Shown: positions 9,027-19,105 of the stretch, in pieces
Position numbering within the stretch: position 1 is the first letter of the stretch
How the letters are laid out: each line of letters starts with the position of its first letter
NCBI GenBank assembly: GCA_963521405.1
Contig: CAUQUY010000001.1
Span: 58,938-122,937, forward strand
DNA from: an uncultured Streptococcus sp.
GTDB taxonomy: Bacteria > Bacillota > Bacilli > Lactobacillales > Aerococcaceae
Reading direction: 5' to 3'
Length of the DNA stretch: 64,000 nt
Made by a program: the position numbers and the translations under genes
Notes under the pieces: model-generated
What the model was told of the DNA's origin: nothing
Database searches by the model: none
What the model saw: only the letters and a program-made list of their open reading frames with translations

Positions 9027-9533
9027 TCACCATTTATTATAAATAGTATATTGCGCACAATAATGAGTGTAATTCGGTAAATAGTATGTTGTAATGATTG
9101 TCTTCATACTTCTTCCGGAAACATAACTTTCTGCTGTATAAACTGTTCCTGCAAAGCTTCCTGGCGCAATCATACCAGCAAACAATGTTGCCCAACTAAT
9201 AACACTTCCTCCTGCATTACCTAAAATAAAAAATACCACTGAAACTACATTATTTCTACTAGAATTCAATACACTTACATTACCTGAAGTGCTTCCTATA
9301 TATCTATAAGGACCATTTTCTTCACCATAATTCCCAACTAACCACTCTTCAGAACCGTCTCCGTTTCCTCCAGGTCTTCCTGGCCACACTCTAAAAGGAA
9401 CAAGGTTAGTTTCTAAATTTTCTGCTGTAAACGTTTGTTTCAACTCTGTGCCTTCAACTGTTGACTTGCTACTCAATAAAAATAAAAGAATAAAACAATT
9501 TAGCATTAGTATAATTTTTTTCATAATTATCAT
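9027..9533 (-). CDS. hypothetical secreted protein (168 aa, signal peptide)
   Basis: N-terminal signal peptide KKIILMLNCFILLFLLSSKSTVEG, then Gly/Ser/Asn-rich mature sequence containing a hydrophobic GNAGGSVISWATLFAGMIAPGSFAG segment. AT-rich codon usage. No family recognised. Confidence 0.55.
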   Translation of the reverse strand: MIIMKKIILMLNCFILLFLLSSKSTVEGTELKQTFTAENLETNLVPFRVWPGRPGGNGDGSEEWLVGNYGEENGPYRYIGSTSGNVSVLNSSRNNVVSVVFFILGNAGGSVISWATLFAGMIAPGSFAGTVYTAESYVSGRSMKTIITTYYLPNYTHYCAQYTIYNKW

Positions 9534-9682
9534 CCCCTATCAATTTAATAAACCACAATGCTAACATTTATTTCCTTCAAGTTAATTTTATCACAAACTT
9601 TTAAAAAAACAATATGCTGATATGTTTTTTTCACTTTTATGGAATAAAAAACTGCTAACCTCCTGTGTTAGCAGTTCCTTGA

Positions 9683-10369
9683 TTATTTAAACTCTTTCCA
9701 ATCCATCTTTGTTAAATCGATGGTATCTTCTTTTTTCAAGCCTAGGTCTTCTAGTTTGAATTGCATTTTTTCAAATTTCAAAGCATTTACTAGCGTCAAC
9801 CCTGCTCCTTTTGGCTCCAGTTTGAACACTTTAGCCTCGCCATTTCCTGTTCCAGACAAGAATTCAACCGTGTAGAGCAATCCGCCTTTGAAGAAACTAA
9901 AGGCACTTCTAGCTCCACCCGCTTCGGCAACGTAACTTTGATGCAAGATTTTTGGAGTCTTTCCATCTAAGTAGTATGCTACTACCGTGAATGGTTGGCC
10001 ATTTGAAGTATGTCCGATAAACAGTTCATCCACACCATCTTCATTGATGTCATAGAATAAATATTGTAGTGACTCTTTTTGTTTATTCAAGCTGTTTGCT
10101 GCCCAATATTGTAGCGGTACATTGAGTTTTTCTGCCACATCCGCGCCTAGTTCTTTGACGGTACGGATATCTTCGAAGACTTTCGCGTATAATTCCTTAT
10201 TATCTGGTTTAGGCGCAACGGTTGTCGTAGTCTGCGTCGTTACTTCTGCCGTGGTTGCTCCTTGCGTCACTTGTGACTTCTCGGCTCCTGAGTCCTTCGT
10301 CTGTCCATTTCCACAAGCACCTAATACAAGTGCTAGTAACGTCATCATTCCTAAGTTGGCTCTTTTCAT
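9683..10369 (-). CDS. hypothetical lipoprotein (228 aa)
   Basis: Lipobox LVLGAC, then a Thr-rich linker (TTAEVTTQTTTTVAPKP) and a globular domain. No family recognised. Confidence 0.6.
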   Translation of the reverse strand: MKRANLGMMTLLALVLGACGNGQTKDSGAEKSQVTQGATTAEVTTQTTTTVAPKPDNKELYAKVFEDIRTVKELGADVAEKLNVPLQYWAANSLNKQKESLQYLFYDINEDGVDELFIGHTSNGQPFTVVAYYLDGKTPKILHQSYVAEAGGARSAFSFFKGGLLYTVEFLSGTGNGEAKVFKLEPKGAGLTLVNALKFEKMQFKLEDLGLKKEDTIDLTKMDWKEFK

Positions 10370-10386
10370 CGTTCTTCCTCCTTTGG

Positions 10387-11100
10387 CTATAACGGCTTCT
10401 TCAATGGAAGACCTGGTTTTCTTGGATACTTATTCGGTGTTTCCTTCGTCTTTAAAATCGTGACAACGTGACGGTTCCCGCCTTCATATGGCAAGTCGAA
10501 AGAGACATCTCCTTCTACTTTCCCGCCAAGAATTGCGATGGCTTTTTTCGCTTCTTCCAACTCCACTTCCGTATGCGCTGCTTTTAACGCGAGGAAATAC
10601 CCCTGTTTTTTCACGAGTGGCATGCAAAATTCGCTCAATACACTAAGTTTGGCAACGGCACGAGCAGTCACCACATCAAACGACGCACGGAAATCTTTAT
10701 TTTGCCCAAAGGTTTCAGCGCGGTCATGGAAACACTGCACGTCTTTTAACCCAAGCGTCTCCACTAATGTATTCAAGAAGGTAATGCGTTTATTCAACGA
10801 ATCCACAATCGTCACCTTCAAGTCTGGAAAGACGATTTTTAGCGGAATACTTGGAAATCCTGCACCCGCACCCACGTCGCAAAGCGTTTGGTCCGTCAAT
10901 TCATGGTGGAATCCAAGCGCCAATGAATCATAGAAATGCTTCAAATACACGCCCTCTTCATCCGTAATCGCCGTCAAGTTCATCTTCTCATTCCATTCCA
11001 CTAATAGATGGAAATATTGGTCGAACTGCTTCTTTTGCACATCTGATAATGTAATCCCATGCACTTCTTGGAGTCTTTGATAAAATTCTTCTGGTTTCAT
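10387..11100 (-). CDS. rsmG: 16S rRNA (guanine527-N7)-methyltransferase
   Basis: 237 aa with the motif [16 protein letters not shown]. Sits in the conserved position after mnmG. Confidence 0.9.
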   Translation of the reverse strand: MKPEEFYQRLQEVHGITLSDVQKKQFDQYFHLLVEWNEKMNLTAITDEEGVYLKHFYDSLALGFHHELTDQTLCDVGAGAGFPSIPLKIVFPDLKVTIVDSLNKRITFLNTLVETLGLKDVQCFHDRAETFGQNKDFRASFDVVTARAVAKLSVLSEFCMPLVKKQGYFLALKAAHTEVELEEAKKAIAILGGKVEGDVSFDLPYEGGNRHVVTILKTKETPNKYPRKPGLPLKKPL

Positions 11101-11110
11101 ACGCGCCTCC

Positions 11111-13009
11111 TTATTCTTGCACTTTAGCGATCTTGCCTTGCTCGATATAGACCATCAAGATCGATACGTCTGCTGGGTTCACCCCGCTAATACGGCTCGC
11201 TTGTGCAATTGTTTCTGGTTGAATCAATTTCAAACGTTGACGCGCTTCTGTCGCAAGACCATTAATCGCATCATAGTCGATATTGGCTGGAATACGTTTG
11301 GCTTCCATACGTTTTAATTTCTCCACTTTTTCAATCGCTTTGGCAATATAGCCTTCGTATTTAATCGAGATTTCTACTTGTTCTTTCACTTCACGAGAGA
11401 CTTCTACCGTTTCACCGGCAAAACCTACTAATTCGTCATAGCTTAATTCTGGACGTTTCAACAAATCGCTTAGAAGGATGCCGTCTTTCAATTCCGCAGA
11501 CTCTTTTTCAGCCAAGAACGCTTGTAATTCAGCAGTTGGCTTCAAGCGAATCGATTGCATGCGTTTAATTTCGGCTTTAATCGCTTCTTGTTTTGCTTGG
11601 AAGGCGGCATAACGTTCGTCGTCAATCAGTCCCAGTTCGCGTCCTTTTTCTGTTAAACGTAAATCTGCATTGTCATGACGAAGTAAGAGACGATATTCCG
11701 CACGAGAGGTCAATAGACGGTAAGGTTCTGTCGTTCCTTTTGTGACCAAATCATCCACCAATACGCCGATATACGCATCGCTTCGGCCAAGAATAAATGG
11801 CTCTTCTCCGCGAATCTTACGCACGGCATTAATCCCAGCGTAGAGCCCTTGCCCCGCTGCTTCTTCATATCCACTCGTACCGTTCATTTGTCCGGCAGTG
11901 AATAGGTTTTGGATAAGTTTTGTTTCAAATGTATTCTTCAATTGGTGTGGCACGACCACATCGTACTCGATGGCGTAACCCGTACGCATCATCTCCGCAT
12001 TTTCCAACCCTTCCACGCTACGAATCATCTTGATTTGCACGTCTTCTGGAAGCGAAGTCGACAACCCTTGAATATACACTTCCTCCGTATTTTCCCCTTC
12101 TGGCTCTAAGAAAATTTGGTGACGAGGCTTATCGCTGAAACGAACAATTTTATCTTCAATCGATGGGCAGTAACGCGCGCCGACCCCTTCGACAATCCCT
12201 GTAAACATCGGTGCACGGTGTAAGTTCTCACGAATCGTTTCATGAGTCCCTTCGTTCGTATACGTTAACCAGCAAGGAATTTGGTCGTAGCGGTAGTCTT
12301 CGTCTTTGGATGTAAAACTAAATAAGTTTGGTGTGTCATCCCCTGGTTGAATTTCTGTTTTACTATAATCAATCGATGAGCCTTTGACACGTGGCGGAGT
12401 TCCTGTTTTGAAACGCGCCAATTCGAAGCCTAATTCGAGTAAGTTCTCTGATAATTTAATCGATGGTTGTGAATTATTGGCACCTGATGAATATTTCAAT
12501 TCCCCGATAATAATTTGACCACGAGAAGACGTTCCGGCCGTTAAAACAACCGCTTTTGAACGGTAGATGGCACCTGTATTCGTGATAACCCCTTTACATA
12601 CGCCGTCTTCCACAATCAATTCTTCCGCAATTCCTTGGCGTAAATCCAAGTTTTCTTGCTTCTCGATTGTCTTCTTCATTTCTTGCGCGTATAAATGCTT
12701 ATCCGCTTGCGCACGTAAGGCACGTACTGCAGGGCCTTTCCCAGTGTTCAGCATACGCATTTGAATATACGTTTTGTCGATGTTGCGACCCATCTCGCCC
12801 CCAAGAGCGTCGATTTCACGCACCACAACCCCTTTGGCAGGTCCGCCTACAGATGGGTTACATGGCATGAAGGCCACCATTTCTAAGTTCATTGTCAGTA
12901 ATAATGTTTTTGCGCCCATACGTGCACTTGCTAGCGCCGCTTCACTGCCGGCATGTCCTGCACCGACGACAACTACATCATAATTTCCAGCTTCGTAAGT
13001 TGTTACCAT
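11111..13009 (-). CDS. mnmG: tRNA uridine-5-carboxymethylaminomethyl synthesis enzyme MnmG (GidA)
   Basis: ORF track 11111..13036, trimmed to the ATG at 13009 (AAGGAG RBS). Motifs [27 protein letters not shown]-like ([11 protein letters not shown]) and [13 protein letters not shown]. Confidence 0.95.
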   Translation of the reverse strand: MVTTYEAGNYDVVVVGAGHAGSEAALASARMGAKTLLLTMNLEMVAFMPCNPSVGGPAKGVVVREIDALGGEMGRNIDKTYIQMRMLNTGKGPAVRALRAQADKHLYAQEMKKTIEKQENLDLRQGIAEELIVEDGVCKGVITNTGAIYRSKAVVLTAGTSSRGQIIIGELKYSSGANNSQPSIKLSENLLELGFELARFKTGTPPRVKGSSIDYSKTEIQPGDDTPNLFSFTSKDEDYRYDQIPCWLTYTNEGTHETIRENLHRAPMFTGIVEGVGARYCPSIEDKIVRFSDKPRHQIFLEPEGENTEEVYIQGLSTSLPEDVQIKMIRSVEGLENAEMMRTGYAIEYDVVVPHQLKNTFETKLIQNLFTAGQMNGTSGYEEAAGQGLYAGINAVRKIRGEEPFILGRSDAYIGVLVDDLVTKGTTEPYRLLTSRAEYRLLLRHDNADLRLTEKGRELGLIDDERYAAFQAKQEAIKAEIKRMQSIRLKPTAELQAFLAEKESAELKDGILLSDLLKRPELSYDELVGFAGETVEVSREVKEQVEISIKYEGYIAKAIEKVEKLKRMEAKRIPANIDYDAINGLATEARQRLKLIQPETIAQASRISGVNPADVSILMVYIEQGKIAKVQE

Positions 13010-13019
13010 AGTCTCTCCT

Positions 13020-13502
13020 TTACTTTCTTTCTCCATAAAATTCTACTTTGTGACTAACATATTCGCCTGCTTCATAGATGAATTTCGCAGAAAAGAACGG
13101 CTCATTCCCTAAAATCCACTCTAGAAAAATGCGGTCCCCTTCCCAAGAAGGTTTACTTAGGATTTCATCATACGGAACCCATTCCAGCGTTCCTTCTGGC
13201 GAATCAATCAACTCTCCTGAAAACTCCGTCACACGAAACACATACGTATACCAATCGTGCCCTGGGGTAAATTCCGGGAAGGTGATGATTCCTTTCATCT
13301 CCATCTTCGTAGCCTGCAGTCCTGTTTCTTCAAAAATCTCACGCACGGCACATTCTTCCGGAGTCTCTGTTGCTTCGAGTTTGCCACCAACGCCAATGTA
13401 CTTACCCTCATGGACATCGTTTGGCTTCTTGTTGCGTAATAACAGTAAAAATTCTTTGCCATTATCGATATAGCAGATTGTTGCTAGCTTCGTCATCAGC
13501 AT
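13020..13502 (-). CDS. NUDIX hydrolase (MutT/8-oxo-dGTPase-like)
   Basis: 160 aa with the Nudix box [26 protein letters not shown]. Confidence 0.85.
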   Translation of the reverse strand: MLMTKLATICYIDNGKEFLLLLRNKKPNDVHEGKYIGVGGKLEATETPEECAVREIFEETGLQATKMEMKGIITFPEFTPGHDWYTYVFRVTEFSGELIDSPEGTLEWVPYDEILSKPSWEGDRIFLEWILGNEPFFSAKFIYEAGEYVSHKVEFYGERK

Positions 13503-13637
13503 TTCCTCCTTGTGCCTTTCGTTGAAAGAGTTATAACTCCAATTCTTTACGGAAGCGCCTGATCCTTGGGAACATCACAGCGCTCGAACGAGGAGCGTTC
13601 ACTCGTTCTTTTTTTCTGTCTTAGCTTAGAGATAAAA

Positions 13638-13809
13638 CGGAAATTCTTTCGGATTCTATATTAGCAGTAATGGGGAATAGCAACCAATGTGAATTACTGA
13701 CTCTAGGGTGTACCCCGTAGAGTCAGTTTGAAGCTTGGTAGGAATTGAGACGTAAGGCTCAATCCGATGCCCCATTACCGCTACTATGAAGATATCCGTA
13801 AAGAATTGA
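13638..13809. repeat. type-1 long-hairpin intergenic repeat, copy B (between mnmE and the NUDIX gene)
   Basis: The arms CGGAAATTCTTTCGGATTCTATATTAGCAGTAATGGGG and CCCCATTACCGCTACTATGAAGATATCCGTAAAGAATTG are complementary. The core is GAATAGCAACCAATGTGAATTAC-[GACTCTAGGG..CCCGTAGAGTC]-GTTTGAAGCTTGG...ATTGAGAC..GGCTCAAT. An extra solo arm fragment CAATTCTTTACGGA sits at about 13541. Confidence 0.8.
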
Positions 13810-13820
13810 AGTTTAATCTC

Positions 13821-15209
13821 TTATTTCCCTAAACAGAACTGGCTGAACAATTGTGTTAACAGCTCGTCTTGAACAGTGTCGCCTGTGATTTCGCCCAAGA
13901 GATCCCAAGCGCGGGTAAAATCGATCTGGATTAAATCGACGGGCATGCCCATATCGACCCCGTTCGCCACTTCTTGCAACGCTTGTTCTGCCTTTTCAAG
14001 AAGCGCAATATGACGCGTGTTCGATAAGTACGTTGCGTCGCGCTCGTTTATTTGCCCTTGGAAGAAGTAATCGGCAATCTTTTCTTCCAATTGGTCGATG
14101 CCCTCTTTCTTCAGCATTGACGTTGTGACAATTTCGCTGTCTGTCGCGAATTCTTTGACCTTGTCCATGTCGATTTTCGTTGGTAGGTCTGTCTTATTTA
14201 ATAAAATAATGCGTTTGAAGTCTTTCGTTTGTTCTAATAAGCGGAGGTCTTCGTCCATCAACTCTTCGCTTTGATTTAAAATCAAGAGCACGAAATCCGC
14301 TTCGTTTAACGCTTTACGGCTTCGTTCTACCCCGATACGTTCAACGACGTCATCTGTTTCACGAATTCCCGCCGTATCAATCAATTGAAGTGGCACGCCA
14401 CGAACATTCACGTACTCTTCGATGGTGTCACGAGTCGTTCCCGCGATATCCGTTACGATGGCTTTTTCTTCTCGTAATAACACGTTCAACAGACTCGATT
14501 TCCCTACGTTTGGACGTCCAACGATAGCTGTCTTCAATCCGTCACGCAAGATTTTCCCTTGGCTTGCCGTGTTTAGCAATGCGCGAATGCCTTGTGAGAC
14601 TTGCTGCGTCTTCTCGCGCAACAGTTGCAAGGTCATTTCTTCCACGTCGTCGTATTCTGGATAGTCGATATTTACTTCCACTTGCGCTAAGGTGTTTAAG
14701 ATTTCTTGTCGTAAATTTTGAATTAACTTCGAGAGTTCTCCGTCGAGTTGGCGCATCGCCATTTGCATCGATTTATCCGTTTTCGCACGAATCAAATCCA
14801 TCACGGCTTCTGCTTGTGACAAGTCAATACGTCCATTCAAGAAGGCGCGTTTTGTAAATTCACCAGGCTCGGCCAGGCGTGCTCCCATGCGAAGAACGAG
14901 TTGTAAGATGCGATTAATCGCCACAATCCCACCGTGACAGTTGATTTCCACAACGTCCTCACGCGTAAAAGTCTTCGGCGCGCGAAGTACCGTAACCATC
15001 ACTTCATCAATCACTTCATCGTTCTTTGGATCCGCGATATGCCCATAGTGAATCGTATGACTTGGCTGTTCTTTTAATCGTTTTTCATTCAATCGATACA
15101 CTTCGTCGGCAATGCGAATCGCATCCTCCCCACTAATACGAACAATCCCGATAGCCCCTTCTCCAGGCGCCGTTGAAATCGCCGCAATGGTATCAAATTC
15201 TGTCTGCAT
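13821..15209 (-). CDS. mnmE: tRNA modification GTPase MnmE (TrmE)
   Basis: ORF track 13821..15284, trimmed to [13 protein letters not shown] at 15209. G-domain motifs [12 protein letters not shown] and DTAGIR, and the C-terminal motif FCLGK. Confidence 0.95.
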   Translation of the reverse strand: MQTEFDTIAAISTAPGEGAIGIVRISGEDAIRIADEVYRLNEKRLKEQPSHTIHYGHIADPKNDEVIDEVMVTVLRAPKTFTREDVVEINCHGGIVAINRILQLVLRMGARLAEPGEFTKRAFLNGRIDLSQAEAVMDLIRAKTDKSMQMAMRQLDGELSKLIQNLRQEILNTLAQVEVNIDYPEYDDVEEMTLQLLREKTQQVSQGIRALLNTASQGKILRDGLKTAIVGRPNVGKSSLLNVLLREEKAIVTDIAGTTRDTIEEYVNVRGVPLQLIDTAGIRETDDVVERIGVERSRKALNEADFVLLILNQSEELMDEDLRLLEQTKDFKRIILLNKTDLPTKIDMDKVKEFATDSEIVTTSMLKKEGIDQLEEKIADYFFQGQINERDATYLSNTRHIALLEKAEQALQEVANGVDMGMPVDLIQIDFTRAWDLLGEITGDTVQDELLTQLFSQFCLGK

Positions 15210-15466
15210 ACTATCCCTCACTTCCGTTTCATTGCACAAAAAAAGTGCACACTCCACCCCTTCCTCTTCTAGGGTGGCTCGCACTTTGACTGCTAACCGA
15301 TATTCTCAAAGAGATTATACACTATTTTCCTTAGAATTCATAGGCAGAAAGATAGATTGGATAAATTCCCAGCGTTTTTTATTTTCTTTGTAAAATTCTA
15401 TACTTCTCGTTGCACTCTTTCTCAAAACAAGATACAATTTCCCTATGAATAAAAAGGAGGATTCCT

Positions 15467-16633
15467 ATGACAGTAGAACATCCATTTAACAAAATCGTAG
15501 AAGGCATTGGAGTTTCTGATATTCGTCAATTCGACGCAGAAGTTTCTTCGATTCCTGGCATTATCAAATTAACTCTTGGAGAACCAAACTTTGACACACC
15601 TGAGCATATTAAAGAGGCGGCTATCCAAGCGATTAAAGACAACCACTCTCACTACACACCAAACTCAGGGATTCCTGAACTGAGACAAGCTGCGGCTGAG
15701 TATTACAACAAGAAATTTAATTTCAATTACACTGGAGACCAAGTCATCACAACCATCGGAGCCACAGAAGGGATTGCGGCAAGCTTACAAGCCATCTTAA
15801 ACCCTGGAGACACAGTCATCGTGCCAACACCAGTCTTCCCTCTCTACTTGCCAATCACATTGGTAAACCAAGGGAACTTCATTACGGTGGACACAAGTAA
15901 CGACGGCTTTGTTTTAACAGCGGATAAATTACGCGAAACCATCGAAGCAAACCCAGATAAAAACTTCAAAGCGGTGGTTCTTGTATACCCAAGTAACCCG
16001 ACAGGTGTAACTTACTCTAAAGAACAATTAGAAGACTTAGCCGAAGTGATTAAAGAGCACCAACTATGGGCGCTTTGCGATGAAGTCTACGCAGAATTAA
16101 CATACGACAAGACTCACTACTCTCTTGCGAACATCTTGCCTGAACAAACGATTGTCATCACTGGTTTATCAAAATCACACGCAATGACAGGATGGCGTAT
16201 CGGATTCATCTTAGGTCCAACACACTTCATGAACGAAGTCGTAAAAACTCACCAATACATGGTGACAGCTCCAACAAGCTTTGCGCAATACGGAGCGCTT
16301 GCGGCGATGTTACACGGCCAAGATGACTGCGCGAAAATGATGGTGGAATATAGCGAACGTCGTGACTATCTTGCGGCTGAGTTGAAGAAACTTGGCTTCG
16401 AAGTAGCAAGTCCTGACGGTGCATTCTACTTATTCGCGAAAATTCCTGCAAAATGCGGTACTGACTCATGGGCATTCGTTCGTGATCTTGCGCCAAAAGC
16501 AAAAGTAGCGCTTATCCCAGGGGTATCTTTCGGACCTGGTGGCGAAAGCTATGTTCGTTTCAGTTACGCTGCTTCAATGGAAAACTTAAAAGAAGTTGTC
16601 GCTCGTTTAACAACTTACTTAGCAAACATCTAA
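15467..16633 (+). CDS. PLP-dependent class I/II aminotransferase
   Basis: 388 aa with the PLP-lysine context SKSHAMTGWRIG and the motifs LTLGEPNFDTP and YPSNPTG. Confidence 0.85.
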   Translation: MTVEHPFNKIVEGIGVSDIRQFDAEVSSIPGIIKLTLGEPNFDTPEHIKEAAIQAIKDNHSHYTPNSGIPELRQAAAEYYNKKFNFNYTGDQVITTIGATEGIAASLQAILNPGDTVIVPTPVFPLYLPITLVNQGNFITVDTSNDGFVLTADKLRETIEANPDKNFKAVVLVYPSNPTGVTYSKEQLEDLAEVIKEHQLWALCDEVYAELTYDKTHYSLANILPEQTIVITGLSKSHAMTGWRIGFILGPTHFMNEVVKTHQYMVTAPTSFAQYGALAAMLHGQDDCAKMMVEYSERRDYLAAELKKLGFEVASPDGAFYLFAKIPAKCGTDSWAFVRDLAPKAKVALIPGVSFGPGGESYVRFSYAASMENLKEVVARLTTYLANI

Positions 16634-16646
16634 AAATTTGAGAGGC

Positions 16647-16686
16647 AGAACATTCATTACCAAATATGGTAATGAATGTTCTTTTC
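16647..16686 (+). terminator. rho-independent terminator of the aminotransferase gene
   Basis: AGAACATTCATTACCAAATATGGTAATGAATGTTCT followed by TTTC. Confidence 0.75.
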
Positions 16687-16781
16687 ATTGCCCAAACTCA
16701 TATTGTAATAGAGAATTCTTTTTGATAAAATGTGGGCAAATAGCGCAAAAAACACGTCAGAAGAAGAAAGTTGGGAGAAAA

Positions 16782-17599
16782 ATGGGTAATAAATCAGAAG
16801 ATTTAAATCAATTAGTGTTATCAACCTTATCAAAAACGACAAAACTACCTTTTGTGAAGGTTAGTCGTGAGGAATTTCTTAGAAAGGAATTTAAAGGAAG
16901 CGAATATTTAGATATCATTCTAAAAAATGGACCGCATTCCGTTTTTACGCCGGAAGCTTTACGAAAATTATTAATGACACTACGAAGAAAACAGCCTTCA
17001 CGTCTTTTGTGGCTGGATTACCTGCAAATCCGATTACAGCAACTCTTTCTGGAGGAGCAGATATCATTCAGTACTTTGGATTTTCACTTAATCTAGCACA
17101 GCAATTGGCTTATCTATTTGGAGAAGATGAGTTATTTACAGGTGAATTTGATGAATTGCCAGAAGAAGCAAAGGCTCGAATGATTGGTTATTTAGGAATT
17201 ATGCTCGGTGCAGGTGGGGCGGCAGCCTTGATTACAAAAGTTTCAAAAAATATCGCTGAAAAAGTCGGTAAGAAAGTCGTTACTACAGCTCTTACAAAGA
17301 AAATGTGGTATCCGATTATGAAGAAGATTGCTGCCTTTCTCGGCTGGAAGATTACGAAGATGTCTGTCCAAAAGACCGTTACAAAGGTCATCCCGGTCAT
17401 CGGCGGTGTGTTCTCTGGAGGATTGACTTACTACACGTTCAAACCTTCCGCAGAGCGTTTAGCTAATACCTTTGAAAAGTTATTAAAAGGCGAATTTATC
17501 GAAGAAGACGTCTCTATCAATGATCTGTCGGATGATTTTAAAGAGTACTTAGAATCTGATGAAGCCATCATTGACGGTGAATATACTGAAGTTGAATAA
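16782..17599 (+). pseudogene. EcsC-like protein gene split by a 1-nt frameshift at an A-run (about 16964-16967)
   Basis: The frame starting at ATG 16782 (MGNKSEDLNQ...TPEALRK) continues sensibly only in the -1 frame from 16967 (IINDTTKKTAFTSFVAGLPANPITATLSGG...). The two ORF-track entries 16638..17096 and 17009..17599 overlap. One extra A in CGAAAATT would restore a single roughly 272-aa ORF. The EcsC-like call rests on the Gly-rich loop and amphipathic C-terminal pattern and is tentative. Confidence 0.5.
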
Positions 17600-17605
17600 C
17601 AAATA

Positions 17606-17645
17606 AAAGAGCTAAAATTATCATATATGATAATTTTAGCTCTTT
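17606..17645. terminator. bidirectional terminator hairpin between convergent genes
   Basis: AAAGAGCTAAAATTATCATATATGATAATTTTAGCTCTTT is flanked by an A-run and a T-run. Confidence 0.75.
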
Positions 17646-17648
17646 TTC

Positions 17649-18170
17649 TTATTTCCAAATACTGTCGATAAAAGTGTCACGACCTGAAAGTCCGCGGTAA
17701 CGTTTATAGTGTTCTGGGTCCTTCTTGTAGAAATCTTGATGATATTCTTCTGCAGGATAGAACGTGCTTGCAGGCTCGATTTTTGTCACGATATCTTTTT
17801 TGAATCGTCCGCTGGCTTGCAAGGCTGCTTTTGAAGCTTCCGCAATCTTTCTTTGTTCTTCTGAGTGATAGAAGATGACTGGGCGATAGGAATCTCCTCG
17901 GTCCACGAATTGTCCCATTGCATCCGTTGGGTCCGTTTGTTGCCAGTAGACTTCTACGAGTTTTTCATAAGGGAATACTTCTGGGTCGAACGTGATTTGT
18001 ACGGCCTCTGTATGTCCTGTTGTTCCGCTACATACTTCCTTGTATGTCGGATTTTCTTTGTGGCCGCCTGTGTATCCTGAGATTACAGACTCGATTCCTG
18101 GTTGGCTGTCAAATGGCTTCACCATGCACCAGAAACAACCTCCTGCAAATGTAGCAATTTCTTTTGCCAT
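17649..18170 (-). CDS. msrA: peptide-methionine (S)-S-oxide reductase
   Basis: 173 aa with the active-site motif GGCFWC. Confidence 0.92.
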   Translation of the reverse strand: MAKEIATFAGGCFWCMVKPFDSQPGIESVISGYTGGHKENPTYKEVCSGTTGHTEAVQITFDPEVFPYEKLVEVYWQQTDPTDAMGQFVDRGDSYRPVIFYHSEEQRKIAEASKAALQASGRFKKDIVTKIEPASTFYPAEEYHQDFYKKDPEHYKRYRGLSGRDTFIDSIWK

Positions 18171-18181
18171 GTGTATTCCTC

Positions 18182-19084
18182 CTAGTCTTGTTCCGGGTTC
18201 AACGAAACATCTTCCCCGAAAATACGCATCTTAATCGCGACACCTGTTCTTGTGCCTGCCAATCCACCGAGTCCCGTTTCACGAAGTTCTCGTGGCATTC
18301 TTACCCCGATACTGCGCATCGCTTCAATGGTTTCATCGGCTGGAATCACGTTTGTAATGCCTGCAAGTGCCATATCAGCGGCAATCAACGCATTTCCCGC
18401 GCCAATCGCATTTCGCTTCACGCACGGCACTTCTACAAGACCAGCTACAGGGTCACAAACAAGTCCTAATAAATTCCCAAGCGCTGTCGCAAAGGCTTCG
18501 GAACTCTCTTGTGGGGTTCCACCGGCTGCTTCAACGGCTGCGGCTGCGGCCATCGCACTTGCACTTCCGACTTCGGCTTGGCATCCACCTGTCGCCCCTG
18601 CAATCATCGCGTTATTTGCCACGACCATCCCAAAGGCTGCTGAAGTAAAGAGGAAACGCACTTGTTGTTCATGGTTCAAGTTCATTGTATCGGCAATCGA
18701 GAACACAACGCCGGGCAAGGTTCCACTCGCTCCTGCTGTTGGAGTCGCACACACAAGCCCCATTGCAGCATTGACTTCGTTTGTTCCAAGCGCATATTGT
18801 ACCCCCGCTAGAATACTATCTCCCGACAATGTTTTCCCACGTTCACGATATTTCTTCATCTTCAACGCGTCGCCACCCGTTAAGCCTGTTGGAGAGAACA
18901 CTCCCTCTCCTTCCACGCTTCGTTCAACGGCGTTCTTCATCGTTTGTAAGTTTTTTTCCATTTTCTCCCAGATGTACTCACGACTTTGCTGGGTCATTTC
19001 CATTTCCTGTTCAATCATGATTTCCGAAATGGGCTTCTTTTGTTCTGTTGCTAATGCTACCAATTCTTTAATGGTCGAAAACAT
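18182..19084 (-). CDS. sdaAA: L-serine dehydratase, iron-sulfur-dependent, alpha subunit
   Basis: 300 aa, Gly/Ala-rich SDH_alpha pattern ([26 protein letters not shown]). Confidence 0.88.
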   Translation of the reverse strand: MFSTIKELVALATEQKKPISEIMIEQEMEMTQQSREYIWEKMEKNLQTMKNAVERSVEGEGVFSPTGLTGGDALKMKKYRERGKTLSGDSILAGVQYALGTNEVNAAMGLVCATPTAGASGTLPGVVFSIADTMNLNHEQQVRFLFTSAAFGMVVANNAMIAGATGGCQAEVGSASAMAAAAAVEAAGGTPQESSEAFATALGNLLGLVCDPVAGLVEVPCVKRNAIGAGNALIAADMALAGITNVIPADETIEAMRSIGVRMPRELRETGLGGLAGTRTGVAIKMRIFGEDVSLNPEQD

Positions 19085-19105
19085 TGCAAACTTCCTTCCT
19101 TATCA

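Noticed and set aside
13503-15466. Chromosomal origin (oriC) near mnmE/mnmG/rsmG
   Set aside because: These genes are usually origin-proximal. However, no dnaA, dnaN, rpmH or rnpA is present, and I saw no cluster of TTATCCACA-type DnaA boxes in the intergenic regions.
16638-16781. 5' extension of the EcsC-like ORF back to 16638
   Set aside because: The extension starts at a non-ATG codon and runs through the aminotransferase terminator hairpin (16647-16686). ATG 16782 has a GGGAG RBS.
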